NCBI GenBank assembly: GCA_036679645.1
Contig: JAZDCY010000012.1
Span: forward strand, 97,206-161,205
Source of the DNA: Gemmatimonadota bacterium
GTDB lineage: Bacteria > Gemmatimonadota > Gemmatimonadetes > Gemmatimonadales > GWC2-71-9
Length of the DNA stretch: 64,000 bases
Direction: 5' to 3'
A program made the translations under genes and the position numbers. This document shows positions 1 to 10,156 of this stretch, in pieces. Numbering within the stretch: position 1 is the stretch's first letter; every line of letters begins with the position of its first letter. The notes under the pieces are model-generated. The model did no database searches. It had not been told where the DNA came from and worked only from the letters and a program-made list of their open reading frames with translations.

Positions 1-168
1 ATAGTCGAGGACCTCACCCAGGCGGGCGTCGGGGGTCCGGGCATGTGGGACCCGATGCCGGTCCCACAGCCGATCAAACACGAGCCGGCGGAGCGTTCCT
101 CACCCGCAAGACCAGCCGCCCGCAAGCGCGCGACGAAGTCCTCTAGCAGCCGGATCACGAAACGCTAG
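1..168 (+). CDS. 3' end of a gene starting before the window (hypothetical)
   Basis: Frame 1 is open from base 1 (IVEDLTQAGVGG...RITKR) to TAG at 166-168, 5 nt before the next ATG. Confidence 0.5.
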   Translation: MVEDLTQAGVGGPGMWDPMPVPQPIKHEPAERSSPARPAARKRATKSSSSRITKR

Positions 169-173
169 GTCAC

Positions 174-1523
174 ATGGACAAGGCTTTCAGTACTCAGGTC
201 GCGGTTGCACTCGTGCTCACGGCGTGTGCCGGACCTGGCACGGGGAAGACCGCCTACGTGGGCGCGCAAGTCTTCGATGGAACGGGCGCAGCACTCATTC
301 AAGACGCCGTGCTCATCGTGGCGGATGGTCACATCGAAGCCGTGGGTCCCGCGGAGCAGGTATCCGTGCCACGGGGCGCCGACGTGATTGACGTCTCCGG
401 GCGGTGGATCATCCCCGGTCTGATCGACGCGTACGCCCGCGCCGAACGCTGGGCGCTCGGGCCCATGCTCTCCTATGGCGTGACGAGTATTCGGGCGGTC
501 GGCGGCATCCAAGACAGCGCAATTTTCCTCCGAACCGACGTACAGGCTGGAGCCACGGCCGGACCGCGTCTATACGTCACCGGCGCGCTGATAGACGGGA
601 CACCATCGCCGCTCCCCGGGGCAACAGCGGTTCGTACGACGAGCGACGCGCGGCGTGCGGTCGACAATCGCGTCCTGATCGACGCGTCGTTCGTTGCCAT
701 CGGCCCGAAGCTGAGTCGGGCGCTGCTGATCGCACTGATCGATGAGGCGCGCACGCTCGAGACGCCCGTCTCGGCGGAGTTAGGGCGCGTGGACGCCGTT
801 ACGGCGGCGCGCGTCGGGATCACCGCCGTCGACCGTCTGACGGGAATCGTCGAGGCCACACTCGGGAATAGCAATTCGCTGGCGCGGGCGCATCGTGACT
901 ACAACCGCGGTCGGATTGCCGCCGCCGTGGCGTGGGGACGCCTCGACTCGGCAGCCCTGCACCGGACAGCGCGAGCGCTCGCCGCCGAAGGCGCATGGCT
1001 CATCCCGGCCTTGGTTTCCTACGAGACCCTGAGCCGCCTCACCGACCGCGCGTTCATCGATTCGCTGGACACGAAGGGCGTTCCCGACTCTGTCCGTGCT
1101 TCGTGGGACCCGGCGGGTTTCATGCGGCGGATTGGCTTGCTGCGGTCAGACGTGACTGCCATTCGCCGATCGCGCCGCGCCCAGGATCTGTTCGTCCGCC
1201 TCTTCCGGCGCGAGGGTGGGCGCGTGGTAACCGGTACGACGGCACCTTATGAGTTGATCCCGCCCGGCGCGGCGCTCCATAGCGAACTCGCACTCCTGGT
1301 CGCGGCCGGCCTCACGCCGCGCGAGACCTTACTCGCCGCGACTCGCCAGGGAGCGGCTCTGCTCAGGGCAGATACCATCGGCGTGCTCGCCCCCGGTGCG
1401 GTCGCCGACTTCGTCGTGCTGACGGGTGACCCACTCACCGACATTCGGAACACACGACGCATCACCATGGTGGTAACGTACGGTGTTGCATATTCTCCCA
1501 GAGACCTGCGCCCAGCTCAATGA
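174..1523 (+). CDS. Amidohydrolase-family lipoprotein with degenerate metal ligands
   Basis: Lipobox-like LVLTAC; DVSGRWIIPGLID start and G.LAPGAVADFVVL.GDPL end; usual HxH reads YAR and GTD reads GTT. Confidence 0.8.
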   Translation: MDKAFSTQVAVALVLTACAGPGTGKTAYVGAQVFDGTGAALIQDAVLIVADGHIEAVGPAEQVSVPRGADVIDVSGRWIIPGLIDAYARAERWALGPMLSYGVTSIRAVGGIQDSAIFLRTDVQAGATAGPRLYVTGALIDGTPSPLPGATAVRTTSDARRAVDNRVLIDASFVAIGPKLSRALLIALIDEARTLETPVSAELGRVDAVTAARVGITAVDRLTGIVEATLGNSNSLARAHRDYNRGRIAAAVAWGRLDSAALHRTARALAAEGAWLIPALVSYETLSRLTDRAFIDSLDTKGVPDSVRASWDPAGFMRRIGLLRSDVTAIRRSRRAQDLFVRLFRREGGRVVTGTTAPYELIPPGAALHSELALLVAAGLTPRETLLAATRQGAALLRADTIGVLAPGAVADFVVLTGDPLTDIRNTRRITMVVTYGVAYSPRDLRPAQ

Positions 1524-1551
1524 CCCAACGCTCTAGCCGCCTCATTCGCTC

Positions 1552-2487
1552 GTGACCCGACAGGCTCCTCCCCGTAGCGGGCCGGCCGGCTCCGGTTCCA
1601 CAGACCGCCGGACGCGCACGTCTAGCGGATCCGGATCGAGCAACCGCTCGGAGTTGATGTTCCCCGTCGTGCTCGAGGGCGCGAAGGCCTTCTTCCGTGA
1701 CCGGGAAACCGTCGAAGGCGTGGTGGCGCGGCGGGTGCTGAGTGCGCGGGGCAAAGATGACGAAGAGCTAGCCGACCATCTCATTCGGGAACGACGGCGG
1801 CGCACCCGCATGGATGGCAGCCTCGGCGGGTCACTCATACTCACCGCCCAGGCGGCCTGGGATCTGATGGAACTTGGCGCACCGGCGGATCACGCGGGCG
1901 TGGTCCGCATGGCCGGTTACCTCCTCACACAGCAGAATCTCCCCGGCCGGTGGAGCGAGGACGGTGTCGCTGGTGATGGGTTTTTCTCGCCGGGACCGCG
2001 CCCCGAACCCATCGCGCCGCTCGAGTTGCCCTCCGGCACTGTCTTTCAGGACGAAAACGATGCCCGGTTCGTCGCGAGCGGCCTCGCCCTGCGAACCGTG
2101 CTGCGCGCGGGCCACGAGCAACGGGCCCCGGTAAGGACCCACCTGGACGGCCTGCTCTCGATTCGCGCCTTCGACCCCCACCTGGCGTTCGTGGTGCTGG
2201 GGGCGCTGGGAATGGCACCACCCCGGTATCAGGAACGGATCGGTACGTTGATCGAGGAGACCGCGAGCCGACAGGCCGCTGACGGGACCTGGCCGGATGT
2301 CACTATTTTCCACGCCGTCGACATGTTGTTTGGCGTTCCCAGCGCCGCTGCTCGCGCCGCCATCCGTACCGCGGCGCCACTCATCGCGAGTCTTCAGCGC
2401 GAAAGCGGTGCATTTGACACTCGAGAGAGTGAAGCGATCGCGCTGATCGCTGTCCGTGCGCTGGATGTCGCGCGGACACGCGTCTAG
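1552..2487 (+). CDS. Hypothetical protein with prenyltransferase/terpene-cyclase-like QW repeats (alternative start 1657)
   Basis: Repeats QNLPGRW, QAADGTW, QRESGAF follow amphipathic helices. Confidence 0.55.
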   Translation: MTRQAPPRSGPAGSGSTDRRTRTSSGSGSSNRSELMFPVVLEGAKAFFRDRETVEGVVARRVLSARGKDDEELADHLIRERRRRTRMDGSLGGSLILTAQAAWDLMELGAPADHAGVVRMAGYLLTQQNLPGRWSEDGVAGDGFFSPGPRPEPIAPLELPSGTVFQDENDARFVASGLALRTVLRAGHEQRAPVRTHLDGLLSIRAFDPHLAFVVLGALGMAPPRYQERIGTLIEETASRQAADGTWPDVTIFHAVDMLFGVPSAAARAAIRTAAPLIASLQRESGAFDTRESEAIALIAVRALDVARTRV

Positions 2488-2496
2488 ACGGGTTGG

Positions 2497-3204
2497 TCAC
2501 GGTGCGGCAACGCCGCGCACGATCCACCACACCCCAACGCCGAAACTGGCAACGGCCGTCGCCCGGCCGATGAGGCGCAGCGTGGCGACGGTGTTAGCTC
2601 GTCCCAAGGCGAATGCAGCCAGCCCCGAGTACGTCGTCATGGCCAGCACGGTACCAATCCCGAACATCGACAGGTATCCTACGGCGGCCCCGACATCGTC
2701 GATCAGGGTTACGGGGACCAGTACGATGACCGCCGTGGAGCCGGCCAGTCCATGAACTGCACCAATCAGCGTGGGCAGATGCCGGTGCCGGCTGCCCGCC
2801 TGGGCGTGTGAATGATCGTGGGGGTGTACCGACGGATGATGGGAATGGAGATGCGCATGAGGATGCGGTCCATTGGCGGCGTGCGTCTGGGGATCGTGGA
2901 GGTGGAGACGCGAGGCACCGCGAAGCGCCCAGATTCCAATCGCGATCATCATCGCGCCTACGGCGAGCTCGAGCTTTCCGGCAAGATAGGACGGCACGGA
3001 GAGTCCGGTCGCCGCGAGACCAGTTCCCACGGCCAGTACGGCGACCGCGTGTCCCAGTCCCCATCTAAGCCCAAACTGCAGCGCCGCACGCAGGTGTGGC
3101 CTGCTGCCGACCACAGCCGTCATCGCAACCATGTGATCGACCTCGAGCGCGTGTGTGGCGCCGAGCACGAAGGCGGCCGCGTATGCGGCCCACAGATCCG
3201 TCAT
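2497..3204 (-). CDS. Nickel/cobalt permease, UreH/NiCoT-like, with His-rich loop
   Basis: HALEVDH, WGLGH, GAVHGLAGS; His-rich linker HPHAHLHSHHPSVHPHDHSH; several TM segments. Confidence 0.8.
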   Translation of the reverse strand: MTDLWAAYAAAFVLGATHALEVDHMVAMTAVVGSRPHLRAALQFGLRWGLGHAVAVLAVGTGLAATGLSVPSYLAGKLELAVGAMMIAIGIWALRGASRLHLHDPQTHAANGPHPHAHLHSHHPSVHPHDHSHAQAGSRHRHLPTLIGAVHGLAGSTAVIVLVPVTLIDDVGAAVGYLSMFGIGTVLAMTTYSGLAAFALGRANTVATLRLIGRATAVASFGVGVWWIVRGVAAP

Positions 3205-3227
3205 GACACCTCACCACAGGGAGGAAG

Positions 3228-4292
3228 ATGGCCGACAGTCCGCGCGACGAGCGACCACGCATCCGGCTGACCGCGCTTTCGCACGGCGCCGGTTGAGCCT
3301 GCAAGCTCGCCGCTGACGAGTTAGCGCAGGTCCTGCGCTACGTACCCGAAATAGACGATGCTCGCGTGTTGGCGGACGCCGCCACGCGCGACGACGCCGC
3401 CGTGTTTCAATTGGCGGACGATCGCGCGCTCGTGGCTACCGTAGATTTTTTCACGCCAATCGTCGATGACCCGTATGCATTTGGCGCAATCGCGGCCGCC
3501 AATGCGTTCAGCGACGTGTATGCGATGGGTGCAACCCCGTTCCTGGCGCTGAACTTAGTAGCGTGGCCCCGCGACCCCGAGATCCTCGAGTTACTGACGG
3601 AGACCGTGCGTGGTGCGGCCGACGTGGCGCGTGAGGCCGGAGCGTTGATCCTGGGTGGACACTCGATCGACGATCAAGAACCGAAGTTCGGCATGGTCGC
3701 GCTGGGTGAAATCCACCCAGCGAAGATAATCACGGTGGGCGGAGCACAACCCGGCGACCGTATCGTGCTGACCAAACCCATCGGAACCGGTATCCTGAGT
3801 ACTGCCCTCAAGCGGGACGCCTTGGATGAGCGCGACCTGCAACCGGCGGTGGACAGCATGACGCGTCTGAACCGCGACGCACGCGACGCGATGGTGGAGT
3901 TGGGGCCAGCAGTGCACGCCTGTACGGACGTGACCGGCTTTGGACTCCTCGGTCACCTCCACAATGTGCTCGTGGCGAGCGCATGCGGTGCGCGCATCGA
4001 GAACGCGGCCGTCCCCCTGCTGCCGCGCGCGCGGGAACTGGCCGCAGCCGGCAACGTCCCCGGGGGGACCACGCGCAACCTCTCGGCAGCCGAGGAGTTC
4101 ACTCGCTGGACACGTGAGATCGACGCGACCATGAAGGCGCTGCTTGTCGACGCGCAAACGTCGGGTGGACTCCTGATCGTCGTGTCACCAGAAAGCGTCG
4201 ATCAGCTGACCGCGGGTCTCCAAGCACGCGGCGTCACCGCGGCCGTCATAGGCACGATGACCGACGAACCCGGTCAAATCGAGGTCGCGTGA
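3228..4292 (+). CDS. selD: Selenide, water dikinase (selenophosphate synthetase), Sec-containing
   Basis: SD GGAGG then ATG 3228; RLTALSHGAG-UGA(3294-3296)-ACKL is in frame with the 3366 ORF (DDAAV, TVDFFTP, GGHS, TDVTGFGL.GH, DAQTSGGLL). Confidence 0.95.
3322..3340 (+). promoter_or_regulatory. Bacterial SECIS-like hairpin in selD
   Basis: TAGCGCA-GGTCC-TGCGCTA perfect stem; loop starts with G about 33 nt after the UGA; GCAGGUC resembles the E. coli fdhF SECIS apex. Confidence 0.75.
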
Positions 4293-4885
4293 CGCAGATC
4301 GCCGTGGTGCACGCCGACGAGAGTTGCCTCGGCAACGGGCGTGAGGGTAGCAATCCCGGCGGAGCGGGTGGGCTCATCGAAGTCGCGGCGCAGGCGGGCG
4401 TTACCCGCCGCGACGTGTATATCTCATCTCCAGGAACGACCAACAACCGCATGGCACTCAGCGGGGCGATCGCCGCGTTCGCGCTGCTCTCACAGAAGGG
4501 AAAGCACTTGCGAGTGGCCTACGTGTCCGACTCCAACTATCTCATCCGAGGCATGAACGAGTGGGTCCCCACGTGGCGCGCCCGGGGCTGGCGGCGCAAG
4601 GGCGGCGCGGTCGAGAACCTATCGCTGTGGAAGAAGCTTGTTGATGTCGCCCGTGCGCACGACGTCACGTGGCAGTGGGTGCGGGGCCACGCGGGTCACC
4701 CAAAGAACGAATACGCCGACGCACTCGCCGTGCGCGCGGCGCGCGAGCTGATCCACTCCGAGGGGGCGGAGTCCTCGGGGTTTGACGCTTGGCTGGACCG
4801 CGAACGCCAGCGGGGACACTTTGCGGATTACGACCCCGACGAAGCGTTCGCCTGCGTCACCGCGCAACTCGAGTCCGCGCGGTGA
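4289..4885 (+). CDS. rnhA: Ribonuclease HI
   Basis: ADESCLGN, TTNNRM, SDSNY, WVRGHAGHPKNEYAD; GTGA overlap with selD. Confidence 0.92.
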   Translation: MTQIAVVHADESCLGNGREGSNPGGAGGLIEVAAQAGVTRRDVYISSPGTTNNRMALSGAIAAFALLSQKGKHLRVAYVSDSNYLIRGMNEWVPTWRARGWRRKGGAVENLSLWKKLVDVARAHDVTWQWVRGHAGHPKNEYADALAVRAARELIHSEGAESSGFDAWLDRERQRGHFADYDPDEAFACVTAQLESAR

Positions 4886-5391
4886 TCGGTTTCAAGGACG
4901 GCGTCGCAGCCAACACGCACCCACTCAACGTGCGGACGGATCCCCCCGAGGTACCCAACGGCGTCCCCGACCGCATTCCCCTCTTCGAGGTCTACATGCG
5001 GATGGCCGAGGAGTTGGCAAAACGATCCACGTGCACGCGCCTCCAAGTGGGTACCGTCGTGACGGATGCACGCCTAGAGAACGTGCTGGCGATCGGCTAC
5101 AACGGGAATGCGAAAGGTCTGCCGAACCGGTGCGACTCCACGGTGCCCGGTCAGTGCGGCTGCATTCACTCCGAAGTGAACGCTCTCGTGAAAGCACCTG
5201 GTGCGATCATCGACAAGGTGCTGTTCGTCACGAACAGTCCCTGCGTCATGTGTGCCAAGATGATCATCAATTCGGGCGTTACGCACGTCTATTTCCGTCG
5301 CGCTTATCGCGATCCGACAGGCGTTGAACTCCTCACAACCGCCAGTGTGACGCCGGTGTTGTACGATCGATGGGCGCGTGAGTGGCGGTGA
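4882..5391 (+). CDS. dCMP deaminase (ComEB-like) family protein
   Basis: RSTC.RLQVG, GYNG, HSEVNA, SPCVMCAK; GTG start overlaps the rnhA stop. Confidence 0.88.
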   Translation: MIGFKDGVAANTHPLNVRTDPPEVPNGVPDRIPLFEVYMRMAEELAKRSTCTRLQVGTVVTDARLENVLAIGYNGNAKGLPNRCDSTVPGQCGCIHSEVNALVKAPGAIIDKVLFVTNSPCVMCAKMIINSGVTHVYFRRAYRDPTGVELLTTASVTPVLYDRWAREWR

Positions 5392-6164
5392 TGCACGACG
5401 ACCAACAGGACGTACACCGCCTGTTTCGCTGCCTGATCGAGACGCTGTCCGACCAAGACCAGCAGCGCCTCCGCTCTGCATTCCAGGTGGCGGAGCTGTA
5501 CCAGACCATCATTCCCTATCGGACGCATCGTTCGCGCCTCGGATTCGACAGTAGTGAAGACTACGAGATGGCGGTGCTCCGTCTCCTGGCGGGAGAGGGG
5601 AGCTACGCATCGGTCAGTCCGCCAGAGGCACAAGACGCCATCGCAGCGGAGGCGGCGGCGGTAAATCCCAATCCCGGGGTCGTGCGCGAGTACGCCGGTG
5701 CAATGGTGCAACTCGCCCGGGCCGCGGTGGACGACGCCCTGGACGCGGAGCGCTCGTACGCGCCACCCGAGGCGGCGGAGCCAGAGGCACCCACGGCCGA
5801 GCCGGATATTGAGACAGCGTCTCCGGACGCAGAGCCTACCGCCACTACCCAAGCGCCGGTTTTCTCGCTGGACGACGGCTCGCGCCCGCGTGCGGACGCC
5901 GTCGATCCCCCGGACCCACCGGATCCTGAACCAGACATCTCGGCTCCCGCAGCCGCCCCGCCTCGTACGATGAGACCGTCAGACGGCGGAGCCACGACCT
6001 GCCGGAATTGTGGCCGCGGTTTGCCGCTGCAACGCCAGGTGACTTATTGCCCCTTTTGTGGGCAACCCGCGCACGCACTGATCTGCCCGGCCTGCGGCGC
6101 CGAATTGGAAACCGGATGGCGGTTCTGCGTCGACTGTGGCGCGGGACCCGGTCACAAATCCTGA
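5391..6164 (+). CDS. Double zinc-ribbon domain protein
   Basis: C-terminal CRNC, CPFC, CPAC, CVDC after a Pro/Ala/Glu-rich linker. Confidence 0.75.
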   Translation: MHDDQQDVHRLFRCLIETLSDQDQQRLRSAFQVAELYQTIIPYRTHRSRLGFDSSEDYEMAVLRLLAGEGSYASVSPPEAQDAIAAEAAAVNPNPGVVREYAGAMVQLARAAVDDALDAERSYAPPEAAEPEAPTAEPDIETASPDAEPTATTQAPVFSLDDGSRPRADAVDPPDPPDPEPDISAPAAAPPRTMRPSDGGATTCRNCGRGLPLQRQVTYCPFCGQPAHALICPACGAELETGWRFCVDCGAGPGHKS

Positions 6165-7252
6165 CGCGCGCGCATCGTATTGCGGTGATCGCCGGGGACG
6201 GAATCGGTCCCGAAGTCGTCGCAGCTGCCATCCCATCCATTGAGCGCGCCGCCGCCCACGACGGGGCAACACTGACCTGGGAGCATCTTCCCTTGGGTGC
6301 GGAGCACTATCTCGAGACGGGGGAGACGCTTCCTGACGCCACGTTCGACCACTTGCAGCACCACGTCGACGCCATTATGCTCGGCGCCCTCGGCGATCCC
6401 CGGGTGCCCGATAACGCACATGCGCGCGACATCCTCCTGGGCCTGCGCCGCCGACTCGACCTCTACATCAATTTCCGACCCATCCGACTGTTGCATCCGA
6501 GGTTGTGCGCGTTGACGTCCGCTCCATGCGCAGCGCCGCAACCCGGCGCGGATGGAGACGGACGCCACATCGACTTCGTCATCTTCCGGGAAAACACCGA
6601 AGGTGCGTATTTGGGCCGCGGGACTGCACGGGACGTGGGGACGCCGCACGAGGAGCAGATCGCAGAGGAAGTCCACACGGCACCCAACGTCACGCGCATC
6701 CTGACGGCAGCGTTCGGGTGGGCGCGCGCCCACGGGTGCACGCGAGTCACGATGGCCGACAAGGCGAACGCGATACCCATGCATCGCCTCTGGCAGCGGA
6801 TGTTCGATCAGGTGGGGAAAGACTTCACGGACATCGAGCACGAGCATCGTTATGTCGATGCCTTGGCGATGGAACTGGTGCGCTCACCCGAGCGGTTTCA
6901 GGTGATCGTGACGAACAACCTCTTTGGAGATATCCTCTCCGATCTGGGCGCCGGGTTGGTCGGCGGGCTCGGAGTCGCACCGAGCGCCAACCTGCACCCC
7001 GGACGCCCCGGTCTCTTCGAACCGGTGCATGGATCCGCCCCAACCTTGGTCGGCACCGGCACCGCCAATCCGATGGCCGCGATACTGACCGGTGCGTTGA
7101 TGCTGGAGCAACTCGGTCTCCCCACCGCTCCAAAACTCCTGGACGATGCCGTCGAGCAGGCCGTCGCCGCCGGCGTGACGACACCCGATATCGGTGGGAC
7201 AGCATCCACCGCGGCTGTGGCCGAGTGGATCAAGGGGCACCTGCCCGGCTAG
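6161..7252 (+). CDS. 3-isopropylmalate/tartrate dehydrogenase family
   Basis: IAVIAGDGIGPEV, RENTEG.Y, DKAN, NLFGDILSD, EPVHGSAP; start uncertain (CTG at 6161 overlaps the upstream TGA). Confidence 0.88.
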   Translation: MTRAHRIAVIAGDGIGPEVVAAAIPSIERAAAHDGATLTWEHLPLGAEHYLETGETLPDATFDHLQHHVDAIMLGALGDPRVPDNAHARDILLGLRRRLDLYINFRPIRLLHPRLCALTSAPCAAPQPGADGDGRHIDFVIFRENTEGAYLGRGTARDVGTPHEEQIAEEVHTAPNVTRILTAAFGWARAHGCTRVTMADKANAIPMHRLWQRMFDQVGKDFTDIEHEHRYVDALAMELVRSPERFQVIVTNNLFGDILSDLGAGLVGGLGVAPSANLHPGRPGLFEPVHGSAPTLVGTGTANPMAAILTGALMLEQLGLPTAPKLLDDAVEQAVAAGVTTPDIGGTASTAAVAEWIKGHLPG

Positions 7253-7339
7253 CCAACCCCGCCGTGTCCCCTGCCGCGGGAAAGGCCCGCTGGCCATATT
7301 TCAATTCTATCTCTCAACTCGATCCTCTCGGAGTGCAGC

Positions 7340-8542
7340 ATGACCCAGGGTCATGATACAGATGTCGTTTTCCTGTCGGGCGTGCGTACCGGGTTCGGGA
7401 AGTTCGGCGGTACGCTCAAGAGTTTTTCGGCGACACAGCTTGGTGCCATTGCCGCCCGACACGCTGTCGAGCGCTCGGGACTAGAGCATGGCGCTATCGA
7501 CCACGTCGTCTTCGGCAACGCGCAACAGACGTCGGCGGATGCGATCTACCTTGCACGCCATGTCGGCCTGCAGGCGGGACTCCCCATCGAAGTTCCCGCC
7601 GTGACCGTAAATCGGCTGTGCGGGTCCGGATTCGAGGCGATCATTCAAGGGGCACAGCAGATCATGCTGGGCGACTCCGCGGTGGTCCTTGCCGGTGGCG
7701 CCGAATCGATGAGCCAGGCCCCGCATGTGGTGCGCGGCGCGCGGTGGGGGCTGCGGCTCGGGCCCACGCCGGGCCTCGAGGATTCACTCTGGGAAGCACT
7801 CACCGATTCCCAGTGCGGTCTCTCGATGGCAGAGACGGCCGAGAACCTCGCTGACAAGTACGGGCTTACCCGCGAAGACGTCGATGCGTACGCTCTCTTG
7901 AGCCAGCAGCGCGCCCAAAAAGCCTGGGATGACCGTGTCTTCGAGGATGAGGTCATTCCGGTGCCCGTCAAGAATCGAAAGACGAAGAAGATTGACGAGT
8001 GGCGTGCCGACGAACACATGCGCCCCGACACGACGGCAGAGGCGCTGGCCGCGCTGAAGCCCTACTTCAAGAAGGACGGCTTCGTCACTGCGGGTAACGC
8101 GTCCGGTATCTGTGACGGCGCGGCGGCGACGGTCATCGCCGGTGCCGCGTTCGCCGAAGAAAAAGGCTTGAAGCCCATGGGCCGCCTCGTTGCCTGGGGC
8201 ATCGCCGGTGTCGAGCCAAAGTACATGGGCATCGGACCGGCGCCCGCCGCGCGAAAGGCGCTGGACCGGGCAGGACTCACGCTCGACGACATGGACCTCG
8301 TCGAGGTGAACGAGGCGTTCTCTCCCCAGTATGTCGCTGTCGAAAAGGAACTGGGGCTGGACCGCGAGAAGACCAACATTCACGGCGGCGCCATTGCGAT
8401 CGGCCACCCGCTGGCGGCGAGTGGCACGCGCATTACGATTCATCTCCTCCACGCGTTGCATCAGGCGAAGAGACGCTACGGCCTCGGCTCGGCGTGCATC
8501 GGGGGCGGGCAGGGCGCCGCGGTCATCGTAGAGGCCTTCTAG
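7340..8542 (+). CDS. Acetyl-CoA C-acyltransferase (thiolase)
   Basis: [26 protein letters not shown]. Confidence 0.95.
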   Translation: MTQGHDTDVVFLSGVRTGFGKFGGTLKSFSATQLGAIAARHAVERSGLEHGAIDHVVFGNAQQTSADAIYLARHVGLQAGLPIEVPAVTVNRLCGSGFEAIIQGAQQIMLGDSAVVLAGGAESMSQAPHVVRGARWGLRLGPTPGLEDSLWEALTDSQCGLSMAETAENLADKYGLTREDVDAYALLSQQRAQKAWDDRVFEDEVIPVPVKNRKTKKIDEWRADEHMRPDTTAEALAALKPYFKKDGFVTAGNASGICDGAAATVIAGAAFAEEKGLKPMGRLVAWGIAGVEPKYMGIGPAPAARKALDRAGLTLDDMDLVEVNEAFSPQYVAVEKELGLDREKTNIHGGAIAIGHPLAASGTRITIHLLHALHQAKRRYGLGSACIGGGQGAAVIVEAF

Positions 8543-9441
8543 TGGAAATCCTCCTCGCCGTCGCCGGTGGGATGGTGGCGTACACCTTCGCCAGCCTGCG
8601 CGTTCTGAAGCAGTACGAGCGGGGTGTCACATTCCTGCTCGGGAAGTATTGGGGAACCAAGGGACCCGGACTCGTCTTCGTGCCGGCCGGATTCGCAAAG
8701 ATGAACCGTGTGTCGCTGCGCATCATCGCGATGGACATCCAGCCACAGGACGTGATCACCCGCGATAACGTCTCGATCAAGGTGAACGCCGTTCTCTACA
8801 TGCGGGTCAGGACACCCGACCTGGCTATCATCGAAATCGAGGACTACCTGTTCGCGACGAGCCAACTCGCGCAGACGACGCTTCGCAGTGTGCTAGGTGA
8901 AGTGGAACTGGACGAGTTGCTCGCGGACCGGGAGAAGATCAACGCGATCTTGAAGAACATCGTCGATGAACGGACCGAGCCGTGGGGTATCGAGGTATCG
9001 GCGGTCGAGGTCAAGGACGTCGACTTGCCAGTCGAGATGAAACGCGCGATGGCGCGGCAGGCGGAGGCGGAACGAGAACGTCGCGCCAAGGTCATCGCGG
9101 CCGAAGGCGAATTCCAGGCAGCCGGGCGCCTGCGCGAGGCGGCCGCGGAGATGTCACAACAACCACAGGCGTTGCAGTTGCGGTACTTGCAGACGCTCGT
9201 CGAGATCGCAACCGAGAACAACTCGACGACGGTATTCCCTATCCCACTCGACCTGTTCACGCCGTTCATGGATGCTGCGAAGCAGGTCATGCAGAGCCGA
9301 GCGACGGAACCACGCGCGGCGCAGCTAACCCGGGTCTATGACCGATACCGTTCCGCCTGGCAGTCGGATCGACCGTCCGGCGCTCGAGCGCATCATTCAA
9401 CGCGCCGCCGAGCTGCAGGCCCGGGAGCGCGAGATTGGTGA
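8542..9441 (+). CDS. SPFH/band-7 (slipin/stomatin-like) protein; C-terminus possibly extended by an indel
   Basis: [44 protein letters not shown]; frame runs 104 nt into the next gene. Confidence 0.88.
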   Translation: MEILLAVAGGMVAYTFASLRVLKQYERGVTFLLGKYWGTKGPGLVFVPAGFAKMNRVSLRIIAMDIQPQDVITRDNVSIKVNAVLYMRVRTPDLAIIEIEDYLFATSQLAQTTLRSVLGEVELDELLADREKINAILKNIVDERTEPWGIEVSAVEVKDVDLPVEMKRAMARQAEAERERRAKVIAAEGEFQAAGRLREAAAEMSQQPQALQLRYLQTLVEIATENNSTTVFPIPLDLFTPFMDAAKQVMQSRATEPRAAQLTRVYDRYRSAWQSDRPSGARAHHSTRRRAAGPGARDW

Positions 9442-10156
9442 GGGGCTCACTGAAGAGGAAGTGCTCGCGCTGGGGACCGAGGTGGGCATCTTGTCCGTCC
9501 ATCTCCAACAGGCGTTGCTCGAAGAACAGACACGGGCGGTGGCCGTGCCCCAGAAAGGATTCGGGACCTGGCTGGCCGGCCCACAACGCGTCGCCGCCGA
9601 GCGCGTTATTTCTGGCGCCGCCGGTGTCCACGATGAGGCACTCACCTACTGGATGGAAGACGGCGAACTGCTGACCATCAAGCGGCGCTACCCGGACAGC
9701 ACCGCGTGGGAGGCTCGGCGCGGCGCCATGGCGTCGCTGCGACGGTCGATCGGGGCCGGTGGAAAGCGGTACACGCTGGCGCGCGCGCGGGAGATAGTCA
9801 CCCGGGTAGTCCCAGTCGATACCGATCGTGCCCACGTACGAATCGTGGCAGATCTCAGCAATACGCGCCGCGAGCATTTGGCTGGGGCCGCCGGCATGGC
9901 GGTGACCGGGAGTGGGTTTACGGCCGTGGCGATCACCCTCGGCATCGCCATCCCTTTTGCCCTCGTTCCCATCCCGCTCGGACTCGCGCTAGGCTTCTCG
10001 TTGGCGCGCGCCCGACGCAGGGGCGTTGAGCGGATGCAAACCGCGCTGGAACAGATCCTGGACCGGCTCGAGCACGGTGAGATCGAGATCCCACCCACGT
10101 TGGAACCGCCACAGAACCCGCTGGCGCTCCAATCACCACGTACAACGGGAACACCG
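9338..10156 (+). CDS. Hypothetical membrane protein, read in frame into the downstream hbd (no stop)
   Basis: [14 protein letters not shown]-terminus and two TM helices; no stop before ATG 10157. Confidence 0.6.

Noticed and set aside
3294..3296. selD as a nonsense pseudogene
   Set aside because: The stop sits exactly at the Cys/Sec site with a SECIS-like hairpin downstream
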